NCBI GenBank assembly: GCA_977017575.1
Contig: CDRNVI010000002.1
Coordinates: 992,001-1,056,000 of the forward strand
Reading direction: 5' to 3'
DNA from: Paramoeba atlantica
Lineage: Eukaryota; Protista; Discosea
DNA length: 64,000 nucleotides
Position numbers and translations under genes: made by a program. Below the pieces are notes generated by a model. That model was not told the DNA's origin, did no database searches, and worked only from the letters and a program-made list of their open reading frames with translations. Shown piece after piece: positions 35,662 to 46,795 of this stretch (position 1 is the stretch's first letter; the number at the start of each line of letters is the position of its first letter).

Positions 35662-35894
35662 ATCGGTTCTTACGACCTTTACGAAGTCACGCCGCTTCAG
35701 AGATGAAATATTCCTGAACTTCCATGCGTGACACTTCGCCGGTAACAACCGTAAAAGTAGTGGAAACGGTGTGGTGTGTGTACGTCACGAAAGTAGTACG
35801 CTTAGTCTACTCCCGGTACCACGTATGCACATTCCAAATCCCCTTGAGCCCGCTTGGGCCTTGACGAGGTGAAGAGAAACCATGCATTACACAT
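35662..35894. repeat. Dispersed copy of an unclassified ~230/257-bp repeat
   Basis: Near-identical to 56088-56317, 56345-56576 and the interrupted copy at 55100-55808. Confidence 0.9.
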
Positions 35895-36202
35895 ATTTTT
35901 TTATATCATGATTTTTCAGAGACGCTCTATACGTCCACTGGGTCTTTCTGCGAACTTTTCTAAATCTCTTTCTAAGATGTTTCTACACATTTTTTAGGTA
36001 TCAAACATGTTTTTAGACCAAAATACAAATTTGTAGATAAACAACAAAAACTTAAAACAAAATAAAAATTTGATAAAACCATGCTACTTGATTCGTCATG
36101 TCAGAAGGTCCTTTTTATCTTTACACCTCTGCCTTATTTTTAAATAATTAAAAAGATCTTTACTCTCCCTTGTTTGTCGAATTATTCGGACTTACATTTT
36201 TA

Positions 36203-38197
36203 ATGGGAAATTCGGCGTGTGCCTCTAGAATGGGTATCAACTATCTCCTAGTGTTAATCTTCCAGGGTTGCTTGACTCCAATTTGCCACACTTCTGAAAA
36301 CAGCGATAATGGCTTTGTCAAGAAAGTTGAAATGACAGCGAAAGCTCAAGGGGTGAAATTTGGCTCGGCCAGCTCACGAAGGCCTGCTGGCGCAACTTCT
36401 TCTCTTGACCTCTTACAAGCTGATAGGCAAAATCAGTTGCAGGATCCAGTTGCAGTATCCGCTTCCGCACTTATTTCCATGAGAAGTAACTCCCGCACCG
36501 AACTTCCGCCTCCAACAGTGATGGGAACTCTCATACAGTACATTAAAAACCCTCACGCAAGTTGGCTGAGTGCTCAAAGTCCCTGCCATGCTTACGGAGT
36601 TTCTTGTGACAAGGAGCATAACGTCATAGAGATTTCTTGGTCAAGTCTTAAACTTCACGGTAATCTGACGCTCAGCGCTTTACCGCGTACGCTACACCGT
36701 CTGAGTGTGTCTCAAAACCGTTTACGTGGCTCGTTGCAGCTTTCCACTCTACCTCCGAAATTGCGGTCTTTAGATTTGAGTAATAATATATTTTCTGGAA
36801 ACGTAGCAATTGATGACACAGATGAAAACGAAAGTAGCGAGGATAGCCAAGAGACGGGAGACGCTTTAATGTGGCTTCCCCATGGTCTACGTGTTTTAGA
36901 TTTAAGCCATAACGAATTCATTGGGCATTTTTCATTCTCCGCGCTTGCATCAGTGGGAATTCTGTTTCTAGATATTAGTCACAACAAGTTTGAGGGGGTT
37001 GCGGAATTGGCTCAACTCTGGAAGGATATGTATTACCTGCGGATTAGTCATAACTCCTTTTCCTCTTTACGTCTCGGAAACATTCCAGCCAGTTTGCACA
37101 CATTTGAAGCCAGTCATAACCGCATTCAAGGAGCAGTTGACTTTGCAGCTCTCAATCCGAACCTCAGCACACTGGATCTATCGTGCAACATGCTCACCGA
37201 ATCGCTTGATCTTTCAGCTCTTCCGCGTGGGTTGCGAAACCTTTCTCTCAGCAATAACACATTTGTGGGACCTATACTCTTGCAACATCTTCCCCCACAG
37301 CTACGAATTCTGCAGCTTGACAACAACGCTCTGTGGGGAGCCGTCGATTTCAGTCACTTGCCTTCTACGCTCGATCATTTGGACTTGTCGAACAATAAGT
37401 TGGACGGAAAGCTTTCGTTGACTTCACTTCCTACGCCATTGCTTCGTCTAGACGTTTCACAAAATGCTTTTTCAGGTGGCATCGACTTACGTGACTTGCC
37501 GCCTCAGCTACGCGAGTTAGATTTGTCCCGCAATCGCCTTGAAGGGTCGTTGGGGAATTCTCTACGCGAACTTCCTGCCACACTCTCTGTGTTAAATCTC
37601 TCACAAAATGCACTTCACGGTGTTCTCGATGTTTGTGCACTTCCCCTTCATCTCCTGGAATTAGATGTCTCGGGGAACAACTTTGATGGCGAGATTTCTC
37701 TTGGGGCTCTGCCCTCAGCGCTGCGTTTGCTTGACATGAGCGGAAATGCCTTCTTCGGCAAGCTTCGTCTGGAGAATCTACCCCCGCACCTGGGGTATTG
37801 CTCCTTTACCTCTAACCATTTTTCCGGTCTTGTCACTCTACAGGGGTTGCCTGCTTCTCTCTTTCACCTTGATCTCAGCCACAACAATTTTGAAGGAAAT
37901 CTGGAGGACCTTGCACTCAGCCCCACGCTGGACACTTTGCTACTCGCACACAACGGATTTAATGGAGTGCTAGACTGTCGGATAGTTCCTCCTTCTCTCA
38001 CAGTACTTGACCTCTCGCACAATAGTATCGCGGCTGTCAATCACGAGGATGCGCTCTCGCAGGAGATGGAATTTTTAGATCTCAGTGGGAATCGACTTCA
38101 GGGAGAAGCTGATCTAGATCACTTCCCACCACGATTGTTTTTTGACCTTAGCGAAAATCGAGATCTGCGTTGTGTTTCGGAAGTCACTTCGTATTAG
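36203..38197 (+). CDS. Long LRR family protein (about 20 repeats)
   Basis: ASW..SPCHAYGVSC cap, then tandem LPxxLxxLDLSxNxFxG repeats; start uncertain (36203, 36228 or 36330). Confidence 0.88.
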   Translation: MGNSACASRMGINYLLVLIFQGCLTPICHTSENSDNGFVKKVEMTAKAQGVKFGSASSRRPAGATSSLDLLQADRQNQLQDPVAVSASALISMRSNSRTELPPPTVMGTLIQYIKNPHASWLSAQSPCHAYGVSCDKEHNVIEISWSSLKLHGNLTLSALPRTLHRLSVSQNRLRGSLQLSTLPPKLRSLDLSNNIFSGNVAIDDTDENESSEDSQETGDALMWLPHGLRVLDLSHNEFIGHFSFSALASVGILFLDISHNKFEGVAELAQLWKDMYYLRISHNSFSSLRLGNIPASLHTFEASHNRIQGAVDFAALNPNLSTLDLSCNMLTESLDLSALPRGLRNLSLSNNTFVGPILLQHLPPQLRILQLDNNALWGAVDFSHLPSTLDHLDLSNNKLDGKLSLTSLPTPLLRLDVSQNAFSGGIDLRDLPPQLRELDLSRNRLEGSLGNSLRELPATLSVLNLSQNALHGVLDVCALPLHLLELDVSGNNFDGEISLGALPSALRLLDMSGNAFFGKLRLENLPPHLGYCSFTSNHFSGLVTLQGLPASLFHLDLSHNNFEGNLEDLALSPTLDTLLLAHNGFNGVLDCRIVPPSLTVLDLSHNSIAAVNHEDALSQEMEFLDLSGNRLQGEADLDHFPPRLFFDLSENRDLRCVSEVTSY

Positions 38198-38715
38198 TGA
38201 GCATAATTTTAGAAAGTGTAGATGAATTTATTTAGAAGATGAAGAATAGAAACTGAAAATAGAATTCAAATTCTAGAGACATAAAATACATGTATGTGCA
38301 TAGGTTAACTATAGTTGGAAACGCTCATGTACAACGTTTAGATCGTAGAGTGACCAATAAATTTTATCTCTTCTTCGTACAAAATTGGTTTGGGCTAAGG
38401 CATGAGTCGCTATTCCATTTCTATACTTGACCCACTAACCCTATTTTTATGGCGCAGAAACGAATTTTCTAGAATGCCGTTTTGTCGCTTAAAATGTATA
38501 AAGTCTTTACCTTCTTCACTAAAGATTTTAAAATTAGTAGATTGTTTGCAGTATGATCTGTATTAAAGTGTTATCAATTTCACCAGTAGCGAACTGCAAA
38601 CTCCATTCTTCAGATTATTACGTGGAAATGGTAAAATACTGGAAATTAAGAATTAGGGATTTTTATCCATATTGAATAGAAGTATCAGACCTAGAAACTT
38701 AGCAATTATTGGTCA

Positions 38716-39780
38716 ATGGAAGAAGAGTATGAAGTTCAGATTAACGCGGAAGACGTTGAAGATAATAAAAAAGATTGCAAAAGTGAAAAAGGGGATCTTT
38801 CTTCCGAGGAAGAAGATGCTTTGCGTTCTCTGCTTAAAGAGGCTATTAATGACGACCGCATAAACATTGATATTCCTCCAATGCGCCTATTTTATTTTCA
38901 TGTTCTTTCAAAAAGTCTGACACAACTTGACTGCACGGATGTTATATCACTCTCCGTGCGACGCAATTTACTTCACCAACTTAGCCCGTTTCCTTTTAAC
39001 ATTAAAAGAACGCTTACCGAACTTGACCTCTTTGATAACAAATTGTTGCACTTGGGGCACATAAATCACATGCCTCATTTGCAAAAACTAGACTTGAGTT
39101 ACAATCAGATTACGTCGATTCCCTCGGATGCTCTTCAGGATCTGCCTTCACTTCAAGAACTCTATCTCATCGAGAATCAAATTTCTAACACAGAAGGCTT
39201 AGTTCATCTTTCCCGTCTGCGTCTGCTTGAGCTTGGTGGAAATCGTCTTCGTCACATTCCACACGAAATCAGCTCGCTGCATGATCTTGAAGAACTGCAT
39301 CTTGGAAAAAATAAAATACACACGATTGAAGGCCTGGAGGATGCAACACGTCTGCGCGTGTTGTCGCTTCCAGCTAATCGGATCAAACATGTTGGTGAGG
39401 GATTGCGACAAAATCTCTCCCTACGAGAGATTTATCTTTCGGAAAATTGTATCGCACACATTGAGGGCTGTGATCACCTTCCTTTTCTAAGGCTCGTAGA
39501 CTACTCACGGAATCCTATAGAATCCTTGAACGGAGTAGAAGGCCTATCGAGGGACACGATGGAGGAATTCTGGCTCAGTGAAGGCAAACTTGAGCTGTGG
39601 GACGAACTTCGAAAGTTATCTTCTCACGAGAAACTCCACACAGTGTACTTTCTGGGAAATCCGTTAGAACGAAATGACGTTCGATACCGTGCTAAAGTGA
39701 CGCATTTGCTTCCCCAGCTTCGGTTTGTGGACTCTTGGCCTATTGCTTCTCGGGCCACAGGGGGTTCTGTGTATAAATAG
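38716..39780 (+). CDS. SDS22: Protein phosphatase 1 regulatory subunit SDS22/PPP1R7
   Basis: 22-aa SDS22-type LRRs (LTELDLFDN, LELGGNRL, LEELHLGKNKI) and LRR cap TVYF.GNPL...YRAKV..LLPQL..VD. Confidence 0.88.
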   Translation: MEEEYEVQINAEDVEDNKKDCKSEKGDLSSEEEDALRSLLKEAINDDRINIDIPPMRLFYFHVLSKSLTQLDCTDVISLSVRRNLLHQLSPFPFNIKRTLTELDLFDNKLLHLGHINHMPHLQKLDLSYNQITSIPSDALQDLPSLQELYLIENQISNTEGLVHLSRLRLLELGGNRLRHIPHEISSLHDLEELHLGKNKIHTIEGLEDATRLRVLSLPANRIKHVGEGLRQNLSLREIYLSENCIAHIEGCDHLPFLRLVDYSRNPIESLNGVEGLSRDTMEEFWLSEGKLELWDELRKLSSHEKLHTVYFLGNPLERNDVRYRAKVTHLLPQLRFVDSWPIASRATGGSVYK

Positions 39781-40076
39781 ATGACTTTACACCCTTGGAT
39801 AAATTGCACTCCTTGGGCTCATGGATGTCTTCATGTTTTTTGTCCTCGTAGTGTACATACATACCCACATACTGTATCTGTTTTTCGACCTCAAATGATG
39901 CATTTTTTCTCTTTCTTAATTTTCTTCATCTAATGAGTCGATAGGGAAAAGAGAATACAGAAAAGAAGGAGATCACATTTCTTTAGTTACCTGTAAAATG
40001 CAAAGCGGTGTGTAAAGAATTTCTGAAAGATTACTTGTGTAATAATTTACGATAGATTTGTTTACATTGGGATTAT

Positions 40077-40508
40077 ATGGATCGTCTTTATGACATTCAA
40101 GATAGCACGAAAATGGGATTTGCGTTTCTTGTTTGCGGTGCAGCGTTCACTTTCTTGGGTATTGTGCTTTTCTTTGATGGTACACTGATGACAATGGGAA
40201 GCTTGATTTCACTTGTAGGCATCGTACTCGTCATCGGGACGCGTAGGTTTCTTTCTTATTTTAGTGATCATACCAAGTGGCGGGGAGGGGGGCTCTATCT
40301 TTTTGGTGTGTTTTGTGTACTTCGGGGTCACGCCTTTGTTGGTGTTTTGCTGCAGTGGTTCGGGGTACTCAATCTTTTTGGAAATCTTTTTCCTTTTTTG
40401 TTTACCGTGCTTCAAGGAGTACCTTATGTAAGCGCAGTTTTGCGCCAACCTACAGTCGAGGAATATATTGGCCATAGGCTATGTGGAGTACGTCGCAGTA
40501 ATGTGTAG
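40077..40508 (+). CDS. GOT1: Got1/Sft2-like vesicle transport protein
   Basis: Four-TM pattern G..F.FLG...FFD..L..MG..L..G..L.IG...F..K.RG..F.G...L.G..NLFG..FP. Confidence 0.88.
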   Translation: MDRLYDIQDSTKMGFAFLVCGAAFTFLGIVLFFDGTLMTMGSLISLVGIVLVIGTRRFLSYFSDHTKWRGGGLYLFGVFCVLRGHAFVGVLLQWFGVLNLFGNLFPFLFTVLQGVPYVSAVLRQPTVEEYIGHRLCGVRRSNV

Positions 40509-41014
40509 CTTGGTGTCATTTCGTTGTCATGATTATTCATTTCACACTGCACTTTTGGCTTCTTTTGACTACTACCTGTAGCGTTCGGTAACGCATGTCT
40601 ATGACTGGACAAACCGTTGATTGTTGTGATCTCATAGTTATTCCTTGTTATCCCTGCATGACGTGTGTCTTGCCCCAATGAGAAAAAAGGAGACGTCCGT
40701 TGGAGTGTCCAAAATTTGTCAGCTGAACACACCAAAGTATTGTTTGATTCTCCCGGAAATTCAAATCCACACGTGATCCTTGAATCCCCTCGCACCTTAA
40801 GTGCTCTTTAATGTGCTTCTCGAAGCAGATCCCCGTAGCTAGCTTGCGAAAGATGTGCTTTTTACTTTTTCGTTACAACGTAAATAACACGTACCTTTGA
40901 AGAAGTGTGTCCCAACTCGAGTACACGATAATGTAAGAAATTCTTTGTTAGCATTATTTGAAATAAGTGTCTACCTTTAGTTACATTTCTTTGTTTTCTT
41001 TATTTTCTGCGGTC

Positions 41015-44000
41015 ATGTGGCGTATCTCAACTCGGCGTATTCTTTCGACAGGCCCTCTCACCGTTCTCATGCGATGGTGTGGATCTTCTACAACAACGGA
41101 AACGCTGACTGGCCCACTTACAGCGAAAATAAGCAAATCTTCACGAAGTTCATTACCAGCGCTTTCAATTGATGAAGTAGCCAAAGCGCTTACCTCACTT
41201 CGTCGTGAGCATCAACACACGCTTTCGGCAAAGCAAAAATCCGATACGCGTAAAAAAGCTTTGAAACTCCTTCCTCGGGGCAAGACTGACCACTCAGAAG
41301 TAACTTCAAAAGCGACATGGATTTGGCTTAACAACGGTGTTTACTTTCACGCTCGTCACGAATCCATCGAACCTTACATAACGTGGGCTCTTGAGTGTCC
41401 CGACAAGATTGATAAAGAACATTTTCCGGCTATCTTAAATTCTCTTTCGCATATTTTCCGTCCCGTACAATCCACAGGTCAGCCTCCTGTTATCGGAATC
41501 TCTGAATCTCTTAAAGAAAAGGCACGTCAGGTATTTGAGGGAGACTTTCTTTCCGTTGCGCTTAAACTCACTCAGTCTGGTCCTATGAAGGGTGTTGACG
41601 CTATTCTTCTTGTCTCGGCTTTCTCGCGCATGAGTGTACTGGAAGACACATTGTACGAAAACCTCGCAAAGTTGCTTCAACCGGAGTTGCCCAAGCTCAA
41701 GTTCGGAGAGCTTGCCAACGTCGCCTCTAGTCTGGCCCGTGTCAGTGTTTTCCCGGGAGAATTCTTTGAAAAAATGCTTCCCCGAGCAAAAGCTACCGTT
41801 GCAGTGGGTAGTCCGAAGGAGATCTCAACTTTGGGAAACGCAATTCTCCGCTCGGGAGCGGAGGACAAGGATTTTTTTAATCTCGCAGCCGTTGCTATGA
41901 CTGGACGCGTCCGTCGTTGTAAATCATATGAGCTTGCAGGGCTGATTAACACTTTTGCAAAGGCCGGAGTGGTGCACGAGGAGACGTCGAGGAGTCTCGT
42001 GGAATTTGCATCCATTGTTGGAGTGATACATTTCACACGCACCGAGATTTGTTTTGTTTTGCCCGCTATATTGAAATTACCAGCAAAATCTGCAACGCTT
42101 TTTGAAGTACTTGCGCCACGTGTGGTCAAAGAATTAATTCCTACATTAAAGGCATCGGAGGTCCAGGCTCTTTTCTGTGCATACGCTAAAAGCGAGAGTC
42201 GAAAAACCGGAGAAGTCATTCGAGCTTTACTATCGAAAATCGAAGAATTCAATGATGAATACGGTTCTCAAGAGGCATTGACACTTTTAGACGCTTTGAC
42301 GAGACTTCCTTGGGTACTGTCACGTGCAGAACTTAACTCCTTGTACAAGTCCTTTGAGTTCCGAGCCATGTCTCGTCTCCTTGAGGGTGGAGTCACCGAA
42401 GTTGTTTCTTTTGTTTCTATCTTGTCCCGGGACTCTGAATCATTCGCAATCATGCCAAACATAGTAAAAACGTGTCGTGAGCAGTTAAAGCAAAATCTCT
42501 CATCTATTTCCGTTCAAGAACTTTCTGTTCTTACGAACGCTCTGAGTCGAGATTGCTGTAAATTTCTTCTCAACGAAGAGATATCCGCCTCTTTGATGGA
42601 ACAATGTCAACGTTTGCTTCCAGAATGCAAAGCTATTGATATTGCTGCTCTTTTGTCTTTTCTGACCAGCGCTAATGCCCAAGGTGGGGAAGCCTTTAGT
42701 CGAGAGGCACTGAAAGCTGTGTCATCCGCTATTCCCCATATGGGAACTACGGAGCTCTCCACTACGGCAAATAGTATCTCCCGTATTTCGATACCCGAAG
42801 CTTGTGACGTGGAACTGTGGAAGAGAATCGAGGACCACGCATGTAAACTAAAAGGAAAGCTTACGGCTACACAAATTGGTGGTCTCATGTCTGCGTTTGT
42901 TCGAGTGCAAATCACTCCGAAGCGATTTTTTAGCGAAATAGTAGACCCACTGGTCACGAGACACGCCATGAGTTTAAGTGCACATGAGCTTTGTGAAATT
43001 CTTGGAGCCTACGCAAAACGCAATTTTGAAGAGGATACCGTTTTTGCGTCCTTAGCGGATCGTGTCTGCCAAGTGGCTCCTCAGTGCACCACACATGAGC
43101 TCTCCACGATACTCCACAGCTTTGCGAAGTTTGGCATTCGGAACGAGACTGTGTTTTACGACTTCCTACCCCACGTACTGCGGCACGCACCAAAAATGAA
43201 GTCTGCGGAACTCTCTACCGTCATTGTCGCATATGCTCGAATTGGAGTGTGGAATTTACGTGTGTTTACAGCCCTAAGCGAGCGAATGAAGGAAATCCTT
43301 GAGGAGTGCAGCACGCAGGACATTGCCAGCGTTCTCAACGCCTTCGCCAACATGGATATGAAGGACGAGGCGTTCTTTCGGGCATGCGGCGATCGTGTGG
43401 TGCAGCTCTCGACTCAGTGTACTCCACGTGAGATGGTGAGTATTCTCCATGCCTTTCACGAGGTCGATTTCGAACATGATGCACTGTTGAATGAGTTTCT
43501 CACCCGGCTCTCTGCGGAGAACGTGGCACAAAACCTCTCCATCGGGGACTGCATCTTCATAGCGACCAGCATGCCACGGATTCGTCGCAACGTGGACGAA
43601 CGCCTGGCGACTATTTACGACGCCCTCGCACGACGTTTCACCCGAGAGGCCTCACTCCTTCTCCCCACCGCCCTGGCCAGTATCCTCCACGCATTCTACC
43701 GCAAACGGATCACCGTCCCCTCCGCCGGAGCCATGTTCGAAGCCCTCACCCTCCGTGCCGCCGCGGACGTCGAGAACTACCAAATCCGCAACCTTGCCAT
43801 TCTCCTCGGGGCCGTCACCAAAAGCGAGAACGCGTCTCACGTCCCCCTTGCGGCCTTTGTCCCTCGTCTGCTCCAACTCATCCCCCAGTGCAACGCGCAT
43901 AACCTTATGACCGTCTCCACCGCGTTCGCGTCGGAATCCGAATCCCTCATCCGTTCCCGAGCCGATACCCCAGACCACAGGGAGGAGAAACCGCATCGTT

Positions 44001-44767
44001 GCTCTCCTGGAACGGCCACAAATGAAGGCGAGGGGTGGGGAGAAGGAGATGGAGGAGCTGGTGGTGGTGGTGTTGGCGTAGAGAGCCACGAGGACGTCCC
44101 CTCCCCCCTCGACCCCGAGTCCTCCGAACAGGTCCTCGACGCCCTCCTGGCCCGCACCCTCCACCTCCTCCCCTCCTTACGCCCGTACGAGCTCGCCTGG
44201 ACCCTACGCAACCTCACCCTGCTCTCCGCCGCCTCCGGGTCCCTCGAGACCGACCGCGACACGCTGCTCCGGGTCCTCGACAAGGTCAAGGCGCTCCACC
44301 CCCACCTCGGGGGGCGGGACTGCGGGAACCTGCTGCGGGTGTGCGCGCTGCTCGGGGTGGACCCCGGGGAGGAGGTGGTGGAGCTGGTGGTGGGGCGCGC
44401 GGTGGTGACCCTGACCCAGACCCCGCCGCGGGGGGTCGCGGAGACCCTGGACGCGCTGCGGGTGATGGGGAAGGTGGTGCCGGAGTACTTGGGGCGGGTG
44501 GTGGGGGAGTACCGGCGCACGAGGGGGTTTGAGGGGCAGAGGGGGGAGGTGAGGAGGGTGGTGGAGGAGGCGCTGGGGTATTTTGGGGTGGACTTGGGGG
44601 TGGGGGGGAAAGGGGAGGAAAAGGGGGAAGGGGAAAAGGGAGAGGAGGAAAAGGGAGAGAAAAAGGGGGAGGAGGGGATAGGGGAAGCCGGGGGAATTTT
44701 CACATCCATGGAGAGTGGGAAGGAGGATAGTGTGGTGGATAAGGTTGCAGAAAGGGTTGTAGAGTGA
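41015..44767 (+). CDS. Large helical-repeat protein (FASTK/HPR/OPR-like ~37-aa repeats), likely mitochondrial RNA-binding
   Basis: MWRISTRR presequence-like start; repeats such as ELSTILHSFAKFGIRNETVF, ELSTVIVAYARIGVWNLRVF, DIASVLNAFANMDMKDEAFF. Confidence 0.75.
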   Translation: MWRISTRRILSTGPLTVLMRWCGSSTTTETLTGPLTAKISKSSRSSLPALSIDEVAKALTSLRREHQHTLSAKQKSDTRKKALKLLPRGKTDHSEVTSKATWIWLNNGVYFHARHESIEPYITWALECPDKIDKEHFPAILNSLSHIFRPVQSTGQPPVIGISESLKEKARQVFEGDFLSVALKLTQSGPMKGVDAILLVSAFSRMSVLEDTLYENLAKLLQPELPKLKFGELANVASSLARVSVFPGEFFEKMLPRAKATVAVGSPKEISTLGNAILRSGAEDKDFFNLAAVAMTGRVRRCKSYELAGLINTFAKAGVVHEETSRSLVEFASIVGVIHFTRTEICFVLPAILKLPAKSATLFEVLAPRVVKELIPTLKASEVQALFCAYAKSESRKTGEVIRALLSKIEEFNDEYGSQEALTLLDALTRLPWVLSRAELNSLYKSFEFRAMSRLLEGGVTEVVSFVSILSRDSESFAIMPNIVKTCREQLKQNLSSISVQELSVLTNALSRDCCKFLLNEEISASLMEQCQRLLPECKAIDIAALLSFLTSANAQGGEAFSREALKAVSSAIPHMGTTELSTTANSISRISIPEACDVELWKRIEDHACKLKGKLTATQIGGLMSAFVRVQITPKRFFSEIVDPLVTRHAMSLSAHELCEILGAYAKRNFEEDTVFASLADRVCQVAPQCTTHELSTILHSFAKFGIRNETVFYDFLPHVLRHAPKMKSAELSTVIVAYARIGVWNLRVFTALSERMKEILEECSTQDIASVLNAFANMDMKDEAFFRACGDRVVQLSTQCTPREMVSILHAFHEVDFEHDALLNEFLTRLSAENVAQNLSIGDCIFIATSMPRIRRNVDERLATIYDALARRFTREASLLLPTALASILHAFYRKRITVPSAGAMFEALTLRAAADVENYQIRNLAILLGAVTKSENASHVPLAAFVPRLLQLIPQCNAHNLMTVSTAFASESESLIRSRADTPDHREEKPHRCSPGTATNEGEGWGEGDGGAGGGGVGVESHEDVPSPLDPESSEQVLDALLARTLHLLPSLRPYELAWTLRNLTLLSAASGSLETDRDTLLRVLDKVKALHPHLGGRDCGNLLRVCALLGVDPGEEVVELVVGRAVVTLTQTPPRGVAETLDALRVMGKVVPEYLGRVVGEYRRTRGFEGQRGEVRRVVEEALGYFGVDLGVGGKGEEKGEGEKGEEEKGEKKGEEGIGEAGGIFTSMESGKEDSVVDKVAERVVE

Positions 44768-45059
44768 ATAGATAAGAGTCGGTATGAGAAAAATAGGAAT
44801 TAGGTAACCCATCATATTATACTATATATGTAGTCTTGTGGTTGTTTTGCTATAACTGCGTTAGTTTCACCCTCTTACGCTTGCCCTTATCGCACTATTG
44901 TGCTTTTGTAAAGTTTTGGCGAAACTACTTAAACGGCTATGATCTGTTACTTTATTTCAGAATCTCTTGAATCAGTTTAGAATCTCCCTTTTTTTCTTCT
45001 CACTCTTTCACGTTTACTCCTTTCTCACTTTTTCTTTCTTTTTCAAAACAACCAATTCT

Positions 45060-45701
45060 ATGGATCCTTCTCACCGGGGATTACTCTACTTCAGTGCCAT
45101 CCCCGCAGGCGTCACCCCACATGCTCTTGAATTGTTTCTCAACACGGAGTTCGGTGAGGTCGGGCGGCTCCGCCTTACCCCTGCCAACGAGGGCTCCCAC
45201 ACCCGGCGCAGTGCTCGGCAGCGTTCCTACAAACTCTACACTGAGGGCTATGTGGAGTTTATGGAAAAGGCCGACGCCCGGGACACCGCGCACCGACTAA
45301 ACATGCAGCCCTGCACCTTTCTGGGCCGGCGCAATCCGAGTTATGGGCACCTGTGGAATGTGCGCTACCTTCCCGGGATGCGTTGGGAGCATCTTGTGGA
45401 GCAAAGGGAGGAGGAACGCCAACGCAGGCAGCGTGCCTCTCGACAAGAGAAGGCGCGACTCCAGAATTTAAACACACAATACTTTAAACAGGTGATGGAG
45501 GCAATGGGGGAGCAAACCCCTTGTTTGGTGAATACTGAGGAAACTTCGACGACGACGGGCGAAAGGAAAGGTAAGGGCGATTCAGCGGAGGTGAAATGTA
45601 GGAAACGAAAAAAGGTAAGGAAAGGAGTCGAAGACACAAATGAGCTCGCCGCTTTTAAGAATAAGACACCACAAAGAGTATTTCAGGACAATTACCTCTA
45701 G
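45060..45701 (+). CDS. ESF2: Pre-rRNA processing protein ESF2/ABT1 (RRM)
   Basis: GLLYFSAIP..FGEVGRL.L.P..YTEGYVEF..K..A...A..LN..LWNVRYLPG..WEHL.EQ. Confidence 0.88.
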   Translation: MDPSHRGLLYFSAIPAGVTPHALELFLNTEFGEVGRLRLTPANEGSHTRRSARQRSYKLYTEGYVEFMEKADARDTAHRLNMQPCTFLGRRNPSYGHLWNVRYLPGMRWEHLVEQREEERQRRQRASRQEKARLQNLNTQYFKQVMEAMGEQTPCLVNTEETSTTTGERKGKGDSAEVKCRKRKKVRKGVEDTNELAAFKNKTPQRVFQDNYL

Positions 45702-45825
45702 ATTCGGGATTTTGCCGTAATCCTCCTGATAGTAGGTTCAGTAGAATCTAAATATCATATTCTTGCGTTAAGAGAATACGTTAATTAATGATAACTTTCC
45801 GTGAGAAAAAAATCTTTTTGTTGCA

Positions 45826-46536
45826 ATGGAGATGACAATAAACCATTTTGATGAATTTGGGTACATCATTCCTCTTGAGAAGACAGCGGTAAGACTTTAT
45901 ATGAAACTTTATATGAACTTTATTTTATCTTGCATCATACAGTTTTCGAAACTGTTGAAATGTTTACACAGCACTCCGTCCAATAAGAAATCGAATGAGT
46001 GTTTCCTTCTTATCCATACCACATCGAAATCACGCAACATCGGGTCTATCCTTCGTAGTGCATCGGCATTTGGCATCAAGGAAGTTCTTGTTGTGGGCCG
46101 CAGAAAGGAAACAAATTTCTTTGGTGCCCATGGCACCCAACGGCGAGCAAAGATATCTTTTTTTCATAATTTGGCAGAAGCAGCTCATTTTTTGCGGGAT
46201 ACACACAAATGTCTAATTGTGGGTGTTGAGATAGCTGAAGGGGCAAAATCTTTGAGTGAATGTTCTCCTCCTTTTTACGCGTCAACGTGCTTTATCTTTG
46301 GTAATGAAGGCACGGGTCTCTCTGTTGAGGATCGCTCTATTTGCGATTATTTTCTCTACATTCCTCAGACGGGGGATGGCACTGCCTCATTGAATGTTGC
46401 CACAGCAGCTGGTATCGTGTTATATCACTACAATGTTTTATGGGCACGTCATCCAGAGACCTCACGGAAGGGTGAAAAATATTTGCTAAATCAAGCAGCA
46501 GAGGAACCCATACTGCTAACTGCTAATCCGGATTAG
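45826..46536 (+). CDS. SpoU/TrmH-family RNA methyltransferase
   Basis: N.GSILRSASAFG, FIFGNEGTGLS, YIPQ.G..ASLNVATAAGIVLY. Confidence 0.88.
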   Translation: MEMTINHFDEFGYIIPLEKTAVRLYMKLYMNFILSCIIQFSKLLKCLHSTPSNKKSNECFLLIHTTSKSRNIGSILRSASAFGIKEVLVVGRRKETNFFGAHGTQRRAKISFFHNLAEAAHFLRDTHKCLIVGVEIAEGAKSLSECSPPFYASTCFIFGNEGTGLSVEDRSICDYFLYIPQTGDGTASLNVATAAGIVLYHYNVLWARHPETSRKGEKYLLNQAAEEPILLTANPD

Positions 46537-46795
46537 CATTTCTATCACGCTTGTAGCATGTCGGGGAAGCAGGTCACATCATGTGAATCCCACGTAGAGT
46601 TTTCTATAGCGCTTCCCTTGTTTTAAACTCTTCTCGAAACAGAATCCGTGATATTTAAGAATGGGGTAATGGTCAATAGCATTTGTAACCCGGTGAACGG
46701 TATATTATTCAATAACGCTATATTATTCAAATTACACTATATTATTCAAATTAACACTATATTATTCAAATTAACACTATATTATTCAAATTAAC

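Noticed and set aside
46710-46730. TAACGCTATATTATT resembles the start of the kinetoplastid spliced leader (AACTAACGCTATTATT)
   Set aside because: The conserved CAGTTTCTGTAC and the GT donor are absent; it is part of a MITE minisatellite.
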